Shown here in pieces: positions 13,092 through 25,518 of a DNA stretch of 64,000 bases. The translations under genes and the position numbers were made by a program. The stretch comes from Lingula anatina. Lineage: Eukaryota; Animalia; Brachiopoda. The DNA lies in the NCBI GenBank assembly GCA_051362555.1, contig CM120646.1:6014001-6078000 (forward strand), given 5' to 3'. Numbering within the stretch: the stretch's first letter is position 1; the number at the start of each line of letters is the position of its first letter. The notes below the pieces were generated by a model. It ran no database searches and was not told the origin of the DNA. It worked only from the letters and a program-made list of their open reading frames with translations.

Positions 13092-14195
13092 ATGAAGAAT
13101 TGCAAATGTGTATCCCTGTTAGCTGCTGTCTCTATAACACTCCTGTGGATGCCATATAATACACGCTTTGGTTTCCCAGGCACTGTGATTGTCAGATCTC
13201 TGATATCACGCAGCATAGGTGAAAATGATGCTCGAGTTAGGACACAACAGCCGCAGTTTGTCTACCTCGTCCAAGGCGCATCAAGACACCCTATTCCCAA
13301 TCTCAACGACACGCCGAATAGAGAAATTATATGGTTGACCTACAGAGACAAAACGGGCGACATCTACTTTCCGAAGAGCACTCACGCCACAGGTCGTAAC
13401 CGGCTGCTTTGGGAAGCAATTGAACGTGCATCTAAGAGGAATGACGGTGGCTACTTGTACTACTTATTTCTGGACGATGATTTGTTGCTCAGTAATGAGA
13501 ATGATTCGAAGCGCTGGTGGCGAGAAGATTTACCAAGCAACCCTTTTGATCGATTTGAACTCTTTTTACTCGATTTCCAACCGGCAGTTGGGTTTACGAG
13601 ATTTGAATTTTACATCCATGATTCTCCAACCCCAGTGGGGGTGAAATACCAGGTCGATGCTATTTTCAACGGGTTCCACCGCCACACAATTTCCTTCATG
13701 TTGCCCTACATAAGCGATTTAGATCACATATCATGGTGGTTTGCTCAGTGGTTTGTCATTCACATATCTGCGATGTTTTATAATTCAAATCGTGTCCTTT
13801 GCAACGCAGTTTATGCAAATAACTCAAGATATCACGGGGACAATAAGTTGAAGGGGGCCTACACTGATTCTGGCGATTTCCGTATACCGCGTGATTATTT
13901 TCGAACATGGATAGACAAGAACAACAAAGTTAAAACCGCCAACGGGGAAAATATTAACTTGCTTCGGACCTTTAAGAGACAGGCTTTGTATTTGAACATT
14001 CCAGGAAATGCCAGCAGAAAAAACAGTATGGAATACAGGGTTTCTACAAAGTTTATAACCACTGCATTCGATAAGTCCAGCCCGGGCATTCAAAAGATTT
14101 TGCGCTGGAGAAATTTACCAAAAGTAAGGAATATACTGTATGGGAGTGAGAAGGATGAACCTGACTTCTTTCCAGATGTTTTCCCCTTGCACTAA
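13092..14195 (+). CDS. DxD-motif glycosyltransferase-like protein, paralog 2
   Basis: 367-aa intact ORF, colinear with paralog 1, same motifs. Confidence 0.8.
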   Translation: MKNCKCVSLLAAVSITLLWMPYNTRFGFPGTVIVRSLISRSIGENDARVRTQQPQFVYLVQGASRHPIPNLNDTPNREIIWLTYRDKTGDIYFPKSTHATGRNRLLWEAIERASKRNDGGYLYYLFLDDDLLLSNENDSKRWWREDLPSNPFDRFELFLLDFQPAVGFTRFEFYIHDSPTPVGVKYQVDAIFNGFHRHTISFMLPYISDLDHISWWFAQWFVIHISAMFYNSNRVLCNAVYANNSRYHGDNKLKGAYTDSGDFRIPRDYFRTWIDKNNKVKTANGENINLLRTFKRQALYLNIPGNASRKNSMEYRVSTKFITTAFDKSSPGIQKILRWRNLPKVRNILYGSEKDEPDFFPDVFPLH

Positions 14196-14549
14196 TCCCC
14201 TTCTTACCTCGTGTTCTTCGTATTGTACAAGGAAAACAGTTAGTAGTCACATTCAATGCTAGACCCAGGGTTTTTCTCTAAGGGGCGGGGTGGGGGGTTA
14301 AAGAATGGAAAAATTTCTTGTTTCAGAAATATCAAAAATCATTCAAAAATGATGATAATAACCAGGGATGGAAATGGTGATTCGCACAGTCTAGTAAAGA
14401 TGACTGGTGAATTTTACCTAATGCGGTGAAAATTAATTTTGAACACGAAAACATGTTTATAATATGCTCTCAACGGTTTTTGGACAAGATATACCTTGGT
14501 GCTTTAGGGAAAACCGCTGTAATTTTCAGGGTGCATTTATTTATTAATT

Positions 14550-14695
14550 CAGGCCCGTAGCCGGGGGAGGGGGGGTTCGAAAGAGCCGCCCCTTTTGCTG
14601 GGTAATATTTGATCCAGGTTCATGAAGTTTTTATGGAAAAAGGTCCACTTTTTCAGAAAAAGAACCCCCTTTTAAATTTGCTGGCTACGGGCCTG
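14550..14695. mobile_element. hAT-like MITE with 5-bp TSD (hAT5-type)
   Basis: TIR CAGGCCCGTAGCC...GGCTACGGGCCTG flanked by TAATT. Absent from the paralog 1 flank (about 9870). Second copy at 60145-60312. Confidence 0.75.
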
Positions 14696-15786
14696 TAATT
14701 AATCTATAAAATCATTTAATCCATGTTAATTTTATTTAAATATATTCATATGTAATTTTTGTTTATATTTATTTTCACCTATATGAAAGTATAATGCAAA
14801 TTGTACACATTAAATGATGGATAAACATACATTATGTATCATTCACTCCTGCATGATTTCAACCAATAGGAAAAATTATTTCAATGGAGAGTGGAGAGTA
14901 TGGCATTGGAATTATCAATACTTATCAACTGCGCCCCAATATAGAGGGATGATAAAAAATAAAGGATTTATAACCCCCGCTGACGAGGGGTCTATCTTAT
15001 TAAGACCACGGTCCATGAACGGGTTATAACGCAATCATGCGAGACGTGCGGTTATGCGAGTTACACCACGTCCGAGTCTTTTGTTGTTCACTTACACCGT
15101 GGTCATATTAATTTGACTCTATTCCAGTCCAACGCTCCTTGTTCATCAAAAATGTCACTGAAAAGTAGAGGTTTTACCTTGGGACCTTTGTTCCGCAGCA
15201 GTCCCAGCTAGGTGTGGCTCAGCTGAGTCACACGTGGTCAGAGTTGACGGTTGATTGAATACTGTTCGAGCGATGTCATGGCATGTTTCGCTTGGGTGAC
15301 AGTGTATTATCTCAGACATAGCTAGGTCATTCTCTAGGACTCCACGTGCAGTAATAACGTATACATCCGCCGGAGCTACAAAAACTCAATATACCTATAG
15401 TGACGGCAGGTGTGAATTAAAGCATTGCGTCTTTGACATCGCTTTGTACAGGTACAGTAATACATTGTCACGGGTTAACATAACGTTTGAAACGAAAATT
15501 TTGAATTAGAAAAACACCTCATCTATATGACAAGTACTACATAACCCCCGTGTGCCGTGTGTGCCAGCTTACCGTCTATGATTATAATTAAAGACCCGTT
15601 CAAATGATTTAATAATAAATGTAATAATATATGACAATGTGAATTTCTTAATGCTATTGTTGGCCCTACTTTGTCTCAAATGAGCAGAGGATTAGCATAA
15701 CGTCCTTTGTGGTCAAAGGCACATCAAGGTTAATAAATTATTACAATCTTTTTTTATATTTGTTTAGGACCAGAATATAGAGGGCG

Positions 15787-16890
15787 ATGAAGATCTGCAA
15801 ATTCGTATTCTTGTTTATTGTTGTCTCTGTGATAGTTCTGTGGGTGCCATATACGGCACGCTTTCGTTTCCCAGAGACGGTGATTGGCAGATTTCTGGTA
15901 TCAAGTAGCACAGGTCCAAATGATTCTCCAGTAAGGACAGAACAGCCACAGTTTGTCTATCTCGTCCAAGGCGCATCAAGACACCCTATTCCCGGTCTCA
16001 ACGCCACACCGAATAGAGAAATCATATGGCTGACGTACAGAGACAAAACAGGCGACATCTATTTTCCAAAGAGCACACACACCGAAGGTCGTAACCGTTT
16101 GCTCCTAGAAGCAATTGACCGTGCATCTAAGAGAAAGGAAGGTGGCTTCTTGTACTACGTATTTTTGGATGATGATTTGTTGCTAAGTAATGAGAATGAT
16201 GAGAAATGGTGGTGGCGCAAAGATTTACCAAGCAACCCATTTGATCGATTTGAACTGTTTTTACTCGATTTCCAACCGGCAGTTGGGTTTCCAAGTTTTG
16301 GTATTAATATTCACGATGCTCCAGCCCCAGTTGGGGTGATATACAACTTCGATGCTATTTTCAACGGGTTCCATCGCCACACAATTTCCTTCATGTTGCC
16401 ATACATTACCGATTTAGATCACATATCATGGTGGTTTGCCCAGTGGTTTGTCATTCACATGTCTGCGATGTTCTATAATTCAAATCGTGTCTTTTGCAAC
16501 GCAGTGCACGTAAACAACTCGAGATATCACGGGGACAATAAGTTGAAGGGGGCCTACACCGATTCTGGCGATTTCCGTGTACCGCGTGATTATTTACGCA
16601 CATGGATAGACAAGAACAACAAAGTTAAAACCGCCAACGGGGAAAATATTAACTTGCTTCGGACCTTTAAGAGACAGGCTTTGTATTTGAACATTCCAGG
16701 AAATGCCAGCAGAAAAAACAGTATGGAATACAGGGTTTCTACAAAGTTTATAACCACTGCATTCGATAAGTCCCACCCGGGCATTCAAAAGATTTTGCGC
16801 TGGAGAAATTTACCAAAAGTAAGGAATATCCTCTATGGGAGTGAGAAGGATGAACCTGACTTCTTTCCAGATGTTTTCCCCTTGCACTAA
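15787..16890 (+). CDS. DxD-motif glycosyltransferase-like protein, paralog 3
   Basis: 367-aa intact ORF with YYVFLDDD. C-terminal third nearly identical to paralogs 1 and 2. Confidence 0.8.
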   Translation: MKICKFVFLFIVVSVIVLWVPYTARFRFPETVIGRFLVSSSTGPNDSPVRTEQPQFVYLVQGASRHPIPGLNATPNREIIWLTYRDKTGDIYFPKSTHTEGRNRLLLEAIDRASKRKEGGFLYYVFLDDDLLLSNENDEKWWWRKDLPSNPFDRFELFLLDFQPAVGFPSFGINIHDAPAPVGVIYNFDAIFNGFHRHTISFMLPYITDLDHISWWFAQWFVIHMSAMFYNSNRVFCNAVHVNNSRYHGDNKLKGAYTDSGDFRVPRDYLRTWIDKNNKVKTANGENINLLRTFKRQALYLNIPGNASRKNSMEYRVSTKFITTAFDKSHPGIQKILRWRNLPKVRNILYGSEKDEPDFFPDVFPLH

Positions 16891-17860
16891 CTCATTTCTT
16901 ACCGCGTGTTCTTCGTATTGTACAAGGAAAACAGTTAGTAGTCACATTCACTGCTGAACCCAGGGTTTTCTTCTGAGGTGGGGGGGGGGGGGGGGGTACA
17001 TTAATAAAAATTCCCTTGCTTTGGAAATATCAAATGGAAGACGAGGGGAAATGTCAATAATGGAAATAATGGAAATGGTGATTCGCACAATCTAGTAAAG
17101 ATGGCTGTTGAATTTTACTTGAGGCGGTGAAAATAAGAAAATTTGAACACGAAAACATGTTTATACGATGTTCTGCGCGGTTTTTGGACAAGATATAACG
17201 TGGCACTATAGGTTAAACCGCAGTAGTTTCCAGGGTGGATGTATTTCTTTATTTATACTTTTATTTGCTTAATCATTTATTCCCTTTTTTTATTTTTGTT
17301 TATATTTATTTTCAACTATATAAATATATAATGCAAATTGTATACATTAAATATTGGACAAACATCCAATATGTATCTCTCACTCCTGCAAAATTTCAAT
17401 ATTATTTTAATGGAGAGTATGTCATGGGAATTATCCATGCTTATCAAGTGCACCTCAATATAGAGGGTTGATCGAAAAATAAAGGATTTATTTTTCTTAT
17501 TTTTATTTGATTTATTTATATACTGATTCTTAACGCACACTGTATCAACGTATCAAGTTGGTCTAAATTTAATTTTAAAAACTGCAATTTGATTTAAATT
17601 TGGAAGTTTCTAAAACGAAATTTGGCTGTGAAATCCCTTCTTTGACATCTTGCTAGCATGGAGAAATTGTCGTATTCAGTAAGGAAAGCAGTTTTAATAA
17701 CAAAAGTTTTAAAAATAACAAGCCTCTTGGATAATATTTCCAAGCTCTTAATACAAAAAAATTAAACTGCACTTAAGGGTTATTACGAGATGCACGTTTA
17801 TTTCACTGACACATTTTGTCTTCACCCTGAAGTCAATTTGTTCACAGTGCCTGGTAGCGA

Positions 17861-17906
<46 letters not shown>

Positions 17907-19161
17907 ATAATACTTCTACTTGTTTCCTGTTAGACATGGTACTGTATTCTGTCACCGCAGTATGGATTAGAGTGAATTGAAGATTTTATAAATGGTTGAA
18001 ATATTATATTAAAAACATCAAATAAAAAATGATTATCTTTGGCGAAAAACGTAACTGCTTGATTTCCTATTAGACACTAAATGAATCCCCCGAGGGGATT
18101 ACGCAACAAGCATTCAAGTGGGTCGGCGGTATTTGATCCGAGGATTTCTTAGTCAGCAGTTCTGAATGCGCTCTAGTAGCACAATTTGGGTCAAGTTTAA
18201 GTACGGACTACAATCTTATTTCCTGAATACTTGTGATATCGCTGGAAGCGATCCATACATCTCTCTATTTAGAACACGGTCTTTTCAGCCGATGGTATTC
18301 GTAAAATTGCTTTAGATACGGGACTTGTACATGTACAAAATTGGCAACTTGGGCGTGCTAGTACATGAAGATCTGAACGTGGTTACTTAAAACAAACGAG
18401 GAAATTGACGCACAAATTTAAGATCCTGTTCTAAGTGTCTGAGTGACGGGAACCCGTTTCCCATTCACAGTAAAAAGGAATTGCTATTCTACATTGCACA
18501 GGTGATATTCGCCCCATATACTAACTCGGATACTTCCGGCTAATTCTAATCTGCACTAATTATAAAGGACCCCGGGTTTTCATTCCAAAGTCTACTGCCC
18601 CTGTCACGCCGGAAATAAGGCGAATAAGTCGCGTGCGACCCATATCACAGAACGCCGTGATTCGTCTATAATTTCTTGCGAGTGGCGCGGCATACCAACG
18701 CAGCGGCTCTAAATTTGACGTAGGCTGAATAAATGATTTAAAACGAACTACTTTCATGCTTGTTCCGTAAGAGTCATCATTCTACGTAGCTGTCAAGTAC
18801 TTAAACGGAGTTGCCAAGTCCCGAGAGTTAGTCTAGAAAGGCACGGCTCAAGATTACTTTGTGCCTAGTACACATTACTAACGGCTTGAAACGCACAATG
18901 GCGCATCATTCAGGTTGAGATTATCTATAGTATTTATCAGAGCAAGACATACACTACAGCTTCGCCACATTCTGGGATAATAAATTGGGAGGTGATTATA
19001 ACAGACGTTGACAGCGGAGCCACACGCGGTGTATTAGTCCGGTACAGGGTCAGCGTGTTTCAGGCAGATTGTTGGTCCAGATACCCAATGCCATGGGTCC
19101 CAATATTGCGGTATTCGTCAGGCTGTGTGTGATACTGGAAGCAGTGAGTACCCTTATGTAT

Positions 19162-19162
<1 letters not shown>

Positions 19163-19230
<68 letters not shown>

Positions 19231-19270
19231 GCTGCACGCACACACACACGGGCTGCACGCGCACACACAG
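19163..19270. repeat. Compound (CT)n(CA)n microsatellite
   Basis: Direct runs. Confidence 0.9.
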
Positions 19271-20472
19271 GCCTGTTTTAAATTCCGCATGAAGTGCCTT
19301 TTTAGTTTATTTAAGCGGATTTGAACAACTAACAAGGGAAAAAGAGGGCTGTTGTGGTAGGTGCTGACAAACTACTTAAGCCTGCAATTGATACACGGCG
19401 TTACTTTCAATCTGCTAATGGCGTTTTAATCATTTTATTACGCTTTTCCCCGTCAGGTATTTCCGAAACGTAATTCATGTTCACAATGTAAACATCAACT
19501 TCACCTTTGGATGCATCAGGCACGTACGTGCGTGGCCTTCATCAAAGATTTTCCCACGATTTCCCCCAGGTCTTTGTTTTGATGCTTTGGTGGGGCCTGA
19601 TAGCGCAATAACGTTTTAAAGACAGATGGATTTGAATTGGAAGCGCGTGTGCTATGTTTCCATTACCCACAATGTAGGGCACGCAGCAAATCGCTGGGAC
19701 ATGAATCTGTATGCCTCGGTGATGTATGAATACGTCTGCAGCGTCAGAATAGAAAAAGGAAACGCGTTGATAAACTGCTGCGCCGCAGATGTTTTTTGTT
19801 TCTAAATCTCTGACTTACGCTGTGAGCGTGAACCTCCAACCCAGTGGCTGCAAATTGAACGTAAAGCACTCATGGGACGAAGAAGTGGAGAGAGTATCGA
19901 CGCGTGTTAACTGATCCAATTTTCTTATTTGACTTTTTTGATGACAGAACCCTCCAATCGCTCAACAGCTCCAGGCTGCTAAATGACTCATTATTTACCA
20001 CAAAAGCAAAAAGCGGTTTGGAAAATAAACGAGACATTAAAAACTCTGTATGCTCATTTGTTTGCTTTGTTTCTCATGTACCTTATACGACCAAACAACT
20101 GGCACCATTAATTCCCGGGCTTTATATTTCATAAACAAAAGCTGCAACTAAGCATAACCTTAATTGACCTTGTTAAAGAATTGGAACTGAAAAGAACAGA
20201 GCTTTTTCCTTCTGAAATCGGTTGATTTTAAGCCACAAATAAAGGTATTGAAAAGGGTACAATTACAGGCACCCATTATTTCCTGCTTTGTAGGAAAGTT
20301 TATATTATAGCGTCTTGTCGTGTGATGTGTGATTTCATAGTTTCACTGTACTAAATCAAAGTGATCAATTTTAACAATATACCTGTGCTAGACAAAATTT
20401 GTTCTAGGCCGTTTCGTATAGTATAAAAACATAGTTAATTAGCATTTCATAGGAAATCATTATATGAATATT

Positions 20473-20481
20473 TGTGTGTGA

Positions 20482-20528
<47 letters not shown>
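20473..20528. repeat. (GT)n(GA)n microsatellite directly upstream of a TATA-like motif
   Basis: Direct runs; gtataagtag at 20541. Confidence 0.85.
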
Positions 20529-20534
<6 letters not shown>

Positions 20535-20632
20535 GAGTCTGTATAAGTAGGCGGCAAGCACTGCTCCCTATGGTGATATTGCGGTGGTTACCATGTTTGC
20601 GGTCAGACAATTCCTGGTTGAACACATGCGGG

Positions 20633-21939
20633 ATGGTCAGATTTGATTCATTAAAATATTTCAAATATTTGGTGAGTTAACATCACATCACCCTCTCGAT
20701 GTATTTTTCATGTGAGTCACTTATTCACGGAATGAAATTGATACATTCGGAGAAAGTCCTGTTGTATCAGTTTTATCGTTTAAAAAAGCACTTCTGCATA
20801 GGCCTATGCTTCTTTGTTTCCTGACGCGTTAAGACAGGTTCGCTTTTCTTCAGCTACTGAAATCTTTCGAAGCAGTGAATTACAAGACGCCGAGAGACTA
20901 TTATAGTACCAAATAAAACATGAAAGCATGTTAAAGAGGAGCTTGCTATATTTAGTGACACTGGTCGTATTCTCTGGTAAAAACGACCGTGTCTGATTAT
21001 AGCAGACACGCTGTCGAATCAAATGTTCTCTTTTCAGTCAAAGGTGACATTATCTAGCATTATGTTTGTAACTTTCAGCAACGAAAGAGATTTTGTTTTC
21101 TAGATCAGCAGCGTTGATTTTTTTTTTTTTTTTTTTTGTCTAGGTGCTAGTGTGTTGAGGGGTTACATATCGCAAAGCGTTCCTATAAATTTCTATGAAA
21201 CTTGCAGGATAATAAATCGTTCAGGGAGCAATAGGGTACTGCGTCTTAAACTGAAAGTATATATCTTTAATGGAACGATGGTTCTGTTATCCCGTTCGGT
21301 AACTGCCGAATACAACTTGGGTCTTCCACGCCTTTTTACAGTAAATAAAGATGAAATACAAAAACGATAGCTCTCACTAGATCTGTAAGATGAAGACGAG
21401 TATATATATAATTTATTGCTGAAAGTTTTCTTTCTTTGTTTCCAGATAACTTTGGTAGCCGCAGCTTCGACGTACTCCCATAGGTCATATGTCAAAGTTT
21501 CCCGGCGCTTTCACCAACATCGCCGTATAAATGACCATTCTTCTGGTCAAACGGTGTCACAGAATGCTGTCACGAACTCACAAGTCCCCGTAGCACCAGA
21601 GCCTGTCCAGCACGTTCATCTCGACCCATGTCAGGTATGTACAGGAAGTCGTGGGCTTAAACTATTGATTAAGATAGCACAGGCCCCCTCGTTCAGAAAA
21701 AAAAAATTTAAGGCAGTTCTAGTACATGTACTAGGGGCTAACATCTCTGTTACCCAGTGGCGGATTTCGGCCCTGGCCCCCCCTTTCGATTTCTGAAAAA
21801 ATAACACCAATGGTCCCCTCTTGAAATTAGAATTTTGATTAGCTGAATCATAGTTCTAAACCGTACCAAATGGCACTGTACGCCCTCTAAAATACCAAAG
21901 TTTTTTTGGGTTCCTTCACGGGCCCAAACCCCACGCCAT

Positions 21940-21970
<31 letters not shown>

Positions 21971-22253
21971 GGTCGGCTTCGCATCTGCATCCTGTCATTC
22001 CTTTAAAAAATTGGTGGTGATGGGTGGGGATGGGGGGGGGGGTGAATGGCCCTCCGAGGCCGCCTGGATCCACCATCTTAATCACTATCAGACTGCATTA
22101 TAAAAAGCTTTCTCTGCTCCAGGTGACAGTCTGTCCAGAGGGGCACATGTGTGTGGCTATTGAATCACAGTGTAACGGAGGCGAGCTGGTCGCGGATTGC
22201 CAGCGTAAGTATGCACCAATACTCCCTTTATTATGAGTAATGCAGTGTGACAG

Positions 22254-22301
<48 letters not shown>

Positions 22302-24267
22302 AGAAAGACATCAACCGCGGGTGGGTGGGGCACAGCTATCATTTTTATTGAGCTGCCCCCTTTCTCCCTCCCAAACATTCAGTATAGCTAGTTAAACCAG
22401 GCAAAATAGTTTTTTCATCTCTCAATATCATTGAAAATTTCCTCGTCTAATGTGTTGCATTTGACAAGCGCTATAATTTATACGGCTCCCCCTTAGTGAG
22501 AGAGAGAGAGAGAGAGGGGGGTCACTGAGATGTTTGTTATACGATCCACCATTCTTTTGACGCTGTTTTATCTCGCTTATCATATTTTATTGATCTATGT
22601 ATTTGACAAGCCTCATGTACACAGCTCTCTTTTTGAATATCCCTGACAGGTGGCTGGCAGTACAGACTGGTTGAGGGGGGGGGGGGGCGTTGGGATGGCT
22701 CCCACTGAAAATATCACGCCTTGGCAGAACCAGAATCTTTCTGATAACTGCTGAAATAGTTCAATCTCAGATCTCTGTTGAAAGGGGGATATTTAGTACA
22801 GCTGGAGCTCAGCCAAAACGGCTCAGAAACTCGACTTCGCTTTCCTAAGTGCTTAATTTTCAAGTTCATATAGCTTTCCAACAACTTCCTTATTTTCTGC
22901 AAGCCACGTTTCATATTGCCCCACGTGGCAAATAGCCGAGCACTTGAAAAGGAAGGGCTGAGCGTCCGTGGTAGAACACATTACATTGTAAATTACCACC
23001 CATCTGCTTTAAATATTGTCTTGGATCAAGTTCCAGTTAAATGTAACCAAAATGAATTAAATGTTCTCCCATTCACGGCCACTTAAGATACTGCATACGA
23101 AAACAGGCTATAACGTACCCACAAACAAACTCACGAAACAACGCGTTACCCAAGATACTTGTATCCTACCCATAACTTAATTAGTTGCCTATAGGGTTTT
23201 AATGTTTTTTTTTTCTCTCGTTCTGCCTCTCAACAGTTTTCCGGATCAAAGAAAGACTCACATAAAGAGATACATACTGTAACTTAGAGAACTATAGTTC
23301 TCCCTGATAGACATCTCAACTGTCACTTAGCATGGAATACCCCGCCCCGCCCCGCCCCGCCCCCCATCAGTGACGAAGTACAAAGTGAATATCACTGGGG
23401 CTGTCAACCAAGTTGCGATATCACAGAACAACACACATTTTTGGATACATAAAGAGATGGGGAAAATAAATACTTTAAGAGGTGGGGCAATGATAATTCA
23501 TTACTTGAACCCTGTCATTCCAGCCATGAAGGCGACAACCAATATTTGTCGAGAGCCGAGAGATAAAGGGGATGTCTTCTGTAACGGAAGGCACAGCCGC
23601 TGGTATTACGACTCGGAGATAGGACGCTGCAGACGTCTGCTGTATTCGGGCTGCGGAGGGAACAACAACAATTTCCCGTCTAGGGATATGTGCGAAAGAG
23701 CCTGCGTCCGAGGTAACGATTGTTGGACTTTTCCGATTGCGTTTGTTGCGATTTGGAATTTTCTACTATCACAATTGAGACGAAAACTTGCCCGAAACGA
23801 TAGAATATTATAGTTGAATGAATTGCCACTTGCGCTGGTGAAAAAAGATGACAAATTGTGATTTCTAAAAAATTAACCCATTGATTCAGCTTCCACAACG
23901 AAGGGATAAAGTGATTAGGATAATTAGCATAGGGATAAATAAAGCAATGCACAGGCTTTCGTCAAATGAAACAGTCACTCAAAATAAATGAATAAATAAA
24001 TAAATAAATAAATAAATAAACAGTTAAGAGATATAAAACGAAAAATCAGTTCTGACTTGACCATTTAAATGTAACAATGATATTATTCATTTTTCAGAGA
24101 AGGTATGTTGTTTTCGATCAGATCCCGGCCCCTGCAGAGCGAACATCCCCAGGTGGTATTTCGACTCGATAGATGGCGCCTGTAAGCAATTTACGTACGG
24201 CGGGTGTAAAGGGAACGGAAATAACTTTGAAACAGAGTTACAATGCCAGGGCCTGTGCACGTACTAA
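20633..24267 (+). CDS. Secreted Kunitz/BPTI serine protease inhibitor with two Kunitz domains, spliced
   Basis: Exons 20633-20671, 21446-21634, 22123-22204, 23524-23712 and 24098-24267(TAA), all GT-AG and in phase. The signal-like start is [21 protein letters not shown], followed by a small 4-Cys module. Kunitz 1 is CREP...RWYYD...C...[11 protein letters not shown]...C...C. Kunitz 2 is [13 protein letters not shown]...[19 protein letters not shown]. Confidence 0.88.
21755..22075. mobile_element. Degenerate hAT-like MITE in a Kunitz intron
   Basis: CAGTGGCGGATTT... ...GGATCCACCA termini with internal poly-G/poly-C tracts typical of such MITEs. Confidence 0.45.
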
Positions 24268-24772
24268 AATGGAGCAGAATAAGAATATTTCATCGGAGAA
24301 AAAGTGTTGTAAATATTCTGAGTTCTGAGTTCTGTGCAAATGCTGATGCAGTGGTACTCGTACTGCGTAAACAGCATTTCGTGAAGAACAGGGTTTTGGG
24401 GGTGGATTACCATCGGCTGTTCCCAGCGTCCTAAAAACAAGTGCCAAGCGTAAAAAGTGCAGGAATTACAAGGAAAAACATCTGCAGCCATTCATCACTT
24501 TAAAGAACGCATGTTCTCTTGTGGCGATGGTGGTTTTATACCATGATAAAAACCGTGGTTATTTGACATTCACGGAAAAGTGAGATACTTTGAACAGGAA
24601 TATATATATATACCGGACATGAAATCGGAAAGCGAATACAGAGAAAAACGTGATTTCTTTACATCATTAGTATCTAGTCGTATCGTCAAAATATTGCAAT
24701 ATTGCTCTTCTATAAAACTTTCTATAGAAGAAAACCGGGTTTTTGATAAATGCATATCAAATCTTGCAGAGG

Positions 24773-24773
<1 letters not shown>

Positions 24774-24828
<55 letters not shown>
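24774..24828. repeat. (AT)n microsatellite
   Basis: Direct run. Confidence 0.9.
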
Positions 24829-24831
<3 letters not shown>

Positions 24832-25518
24832 CCAATTATATCTTATATAAAAGATAGCATGGATGCACTTTTTAAAAATTATTATTATTAGGCAGTGCCA
24901 TGTAAAAAATGTTACAAGCTACATGTATTACTTAAATATGACTTCTTGAATAAGGCGTGGTACTGCATTTAGTGCGTATCTGAACTATAACAAAATCCAC
25001 CTACGAGTAGTGCTGCAATACTGCCTGACTTCACGTGATATGACGTGCAATAAGCATTTTTTTTAATATAATGGAGTAATATCTGCCTATATTAAAGCCG
25101 CAAATGTTGGGCACACGTTCGGGAATTACATGCACTACAAAAATGTCTTTGGATTTCTGTAACCGTGTGAAGGAATGGTCGCGTTTTGTATGCACTAACA
25201 AATTGCTACCCTGTCTATTTGCAAGGTTGTATAGGTTTTATAATGATTACATACAATAAAACTGGAGTAAATGCGCATTTTAGTTAATCAAATTTTTACC
25301 TCTCTTCCTGAAACATGCACATTTCACATTACATACCATGTCTCTCCTCCCGTCTTTGTAATAAACGTATCTACGCCTCCTATAATTTAAAATTAGGTGG
25401 TCCTGATTACATGAGAATGTATAATCATTCTTCGTTGCTTTCATGGACCAGCGACTTTTCGATGATCAGTGTTCTCCGAGTGACTTTTTGCCATGCTCAT
25501 GTAAGCTACAGAAATGTT

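Larger units (their letters stand above)
5851..18055 (+). repeat. Tandem segmental triplication carrying the GT-like gene
   Basis: Upstream block aatttgactctattccagtcc... recurs at about 5852, 11340 and 15110. Downstream flanks 9494-10900, 14196-14970 and 16891-18055 are homologous. Confidence 0.9.

Noticed and set aside
19060-22378. ORFs with CVCV, ERER or poly-G/P runs
   Set aside because: They are translations of microsatellites and homopolymer tracts.
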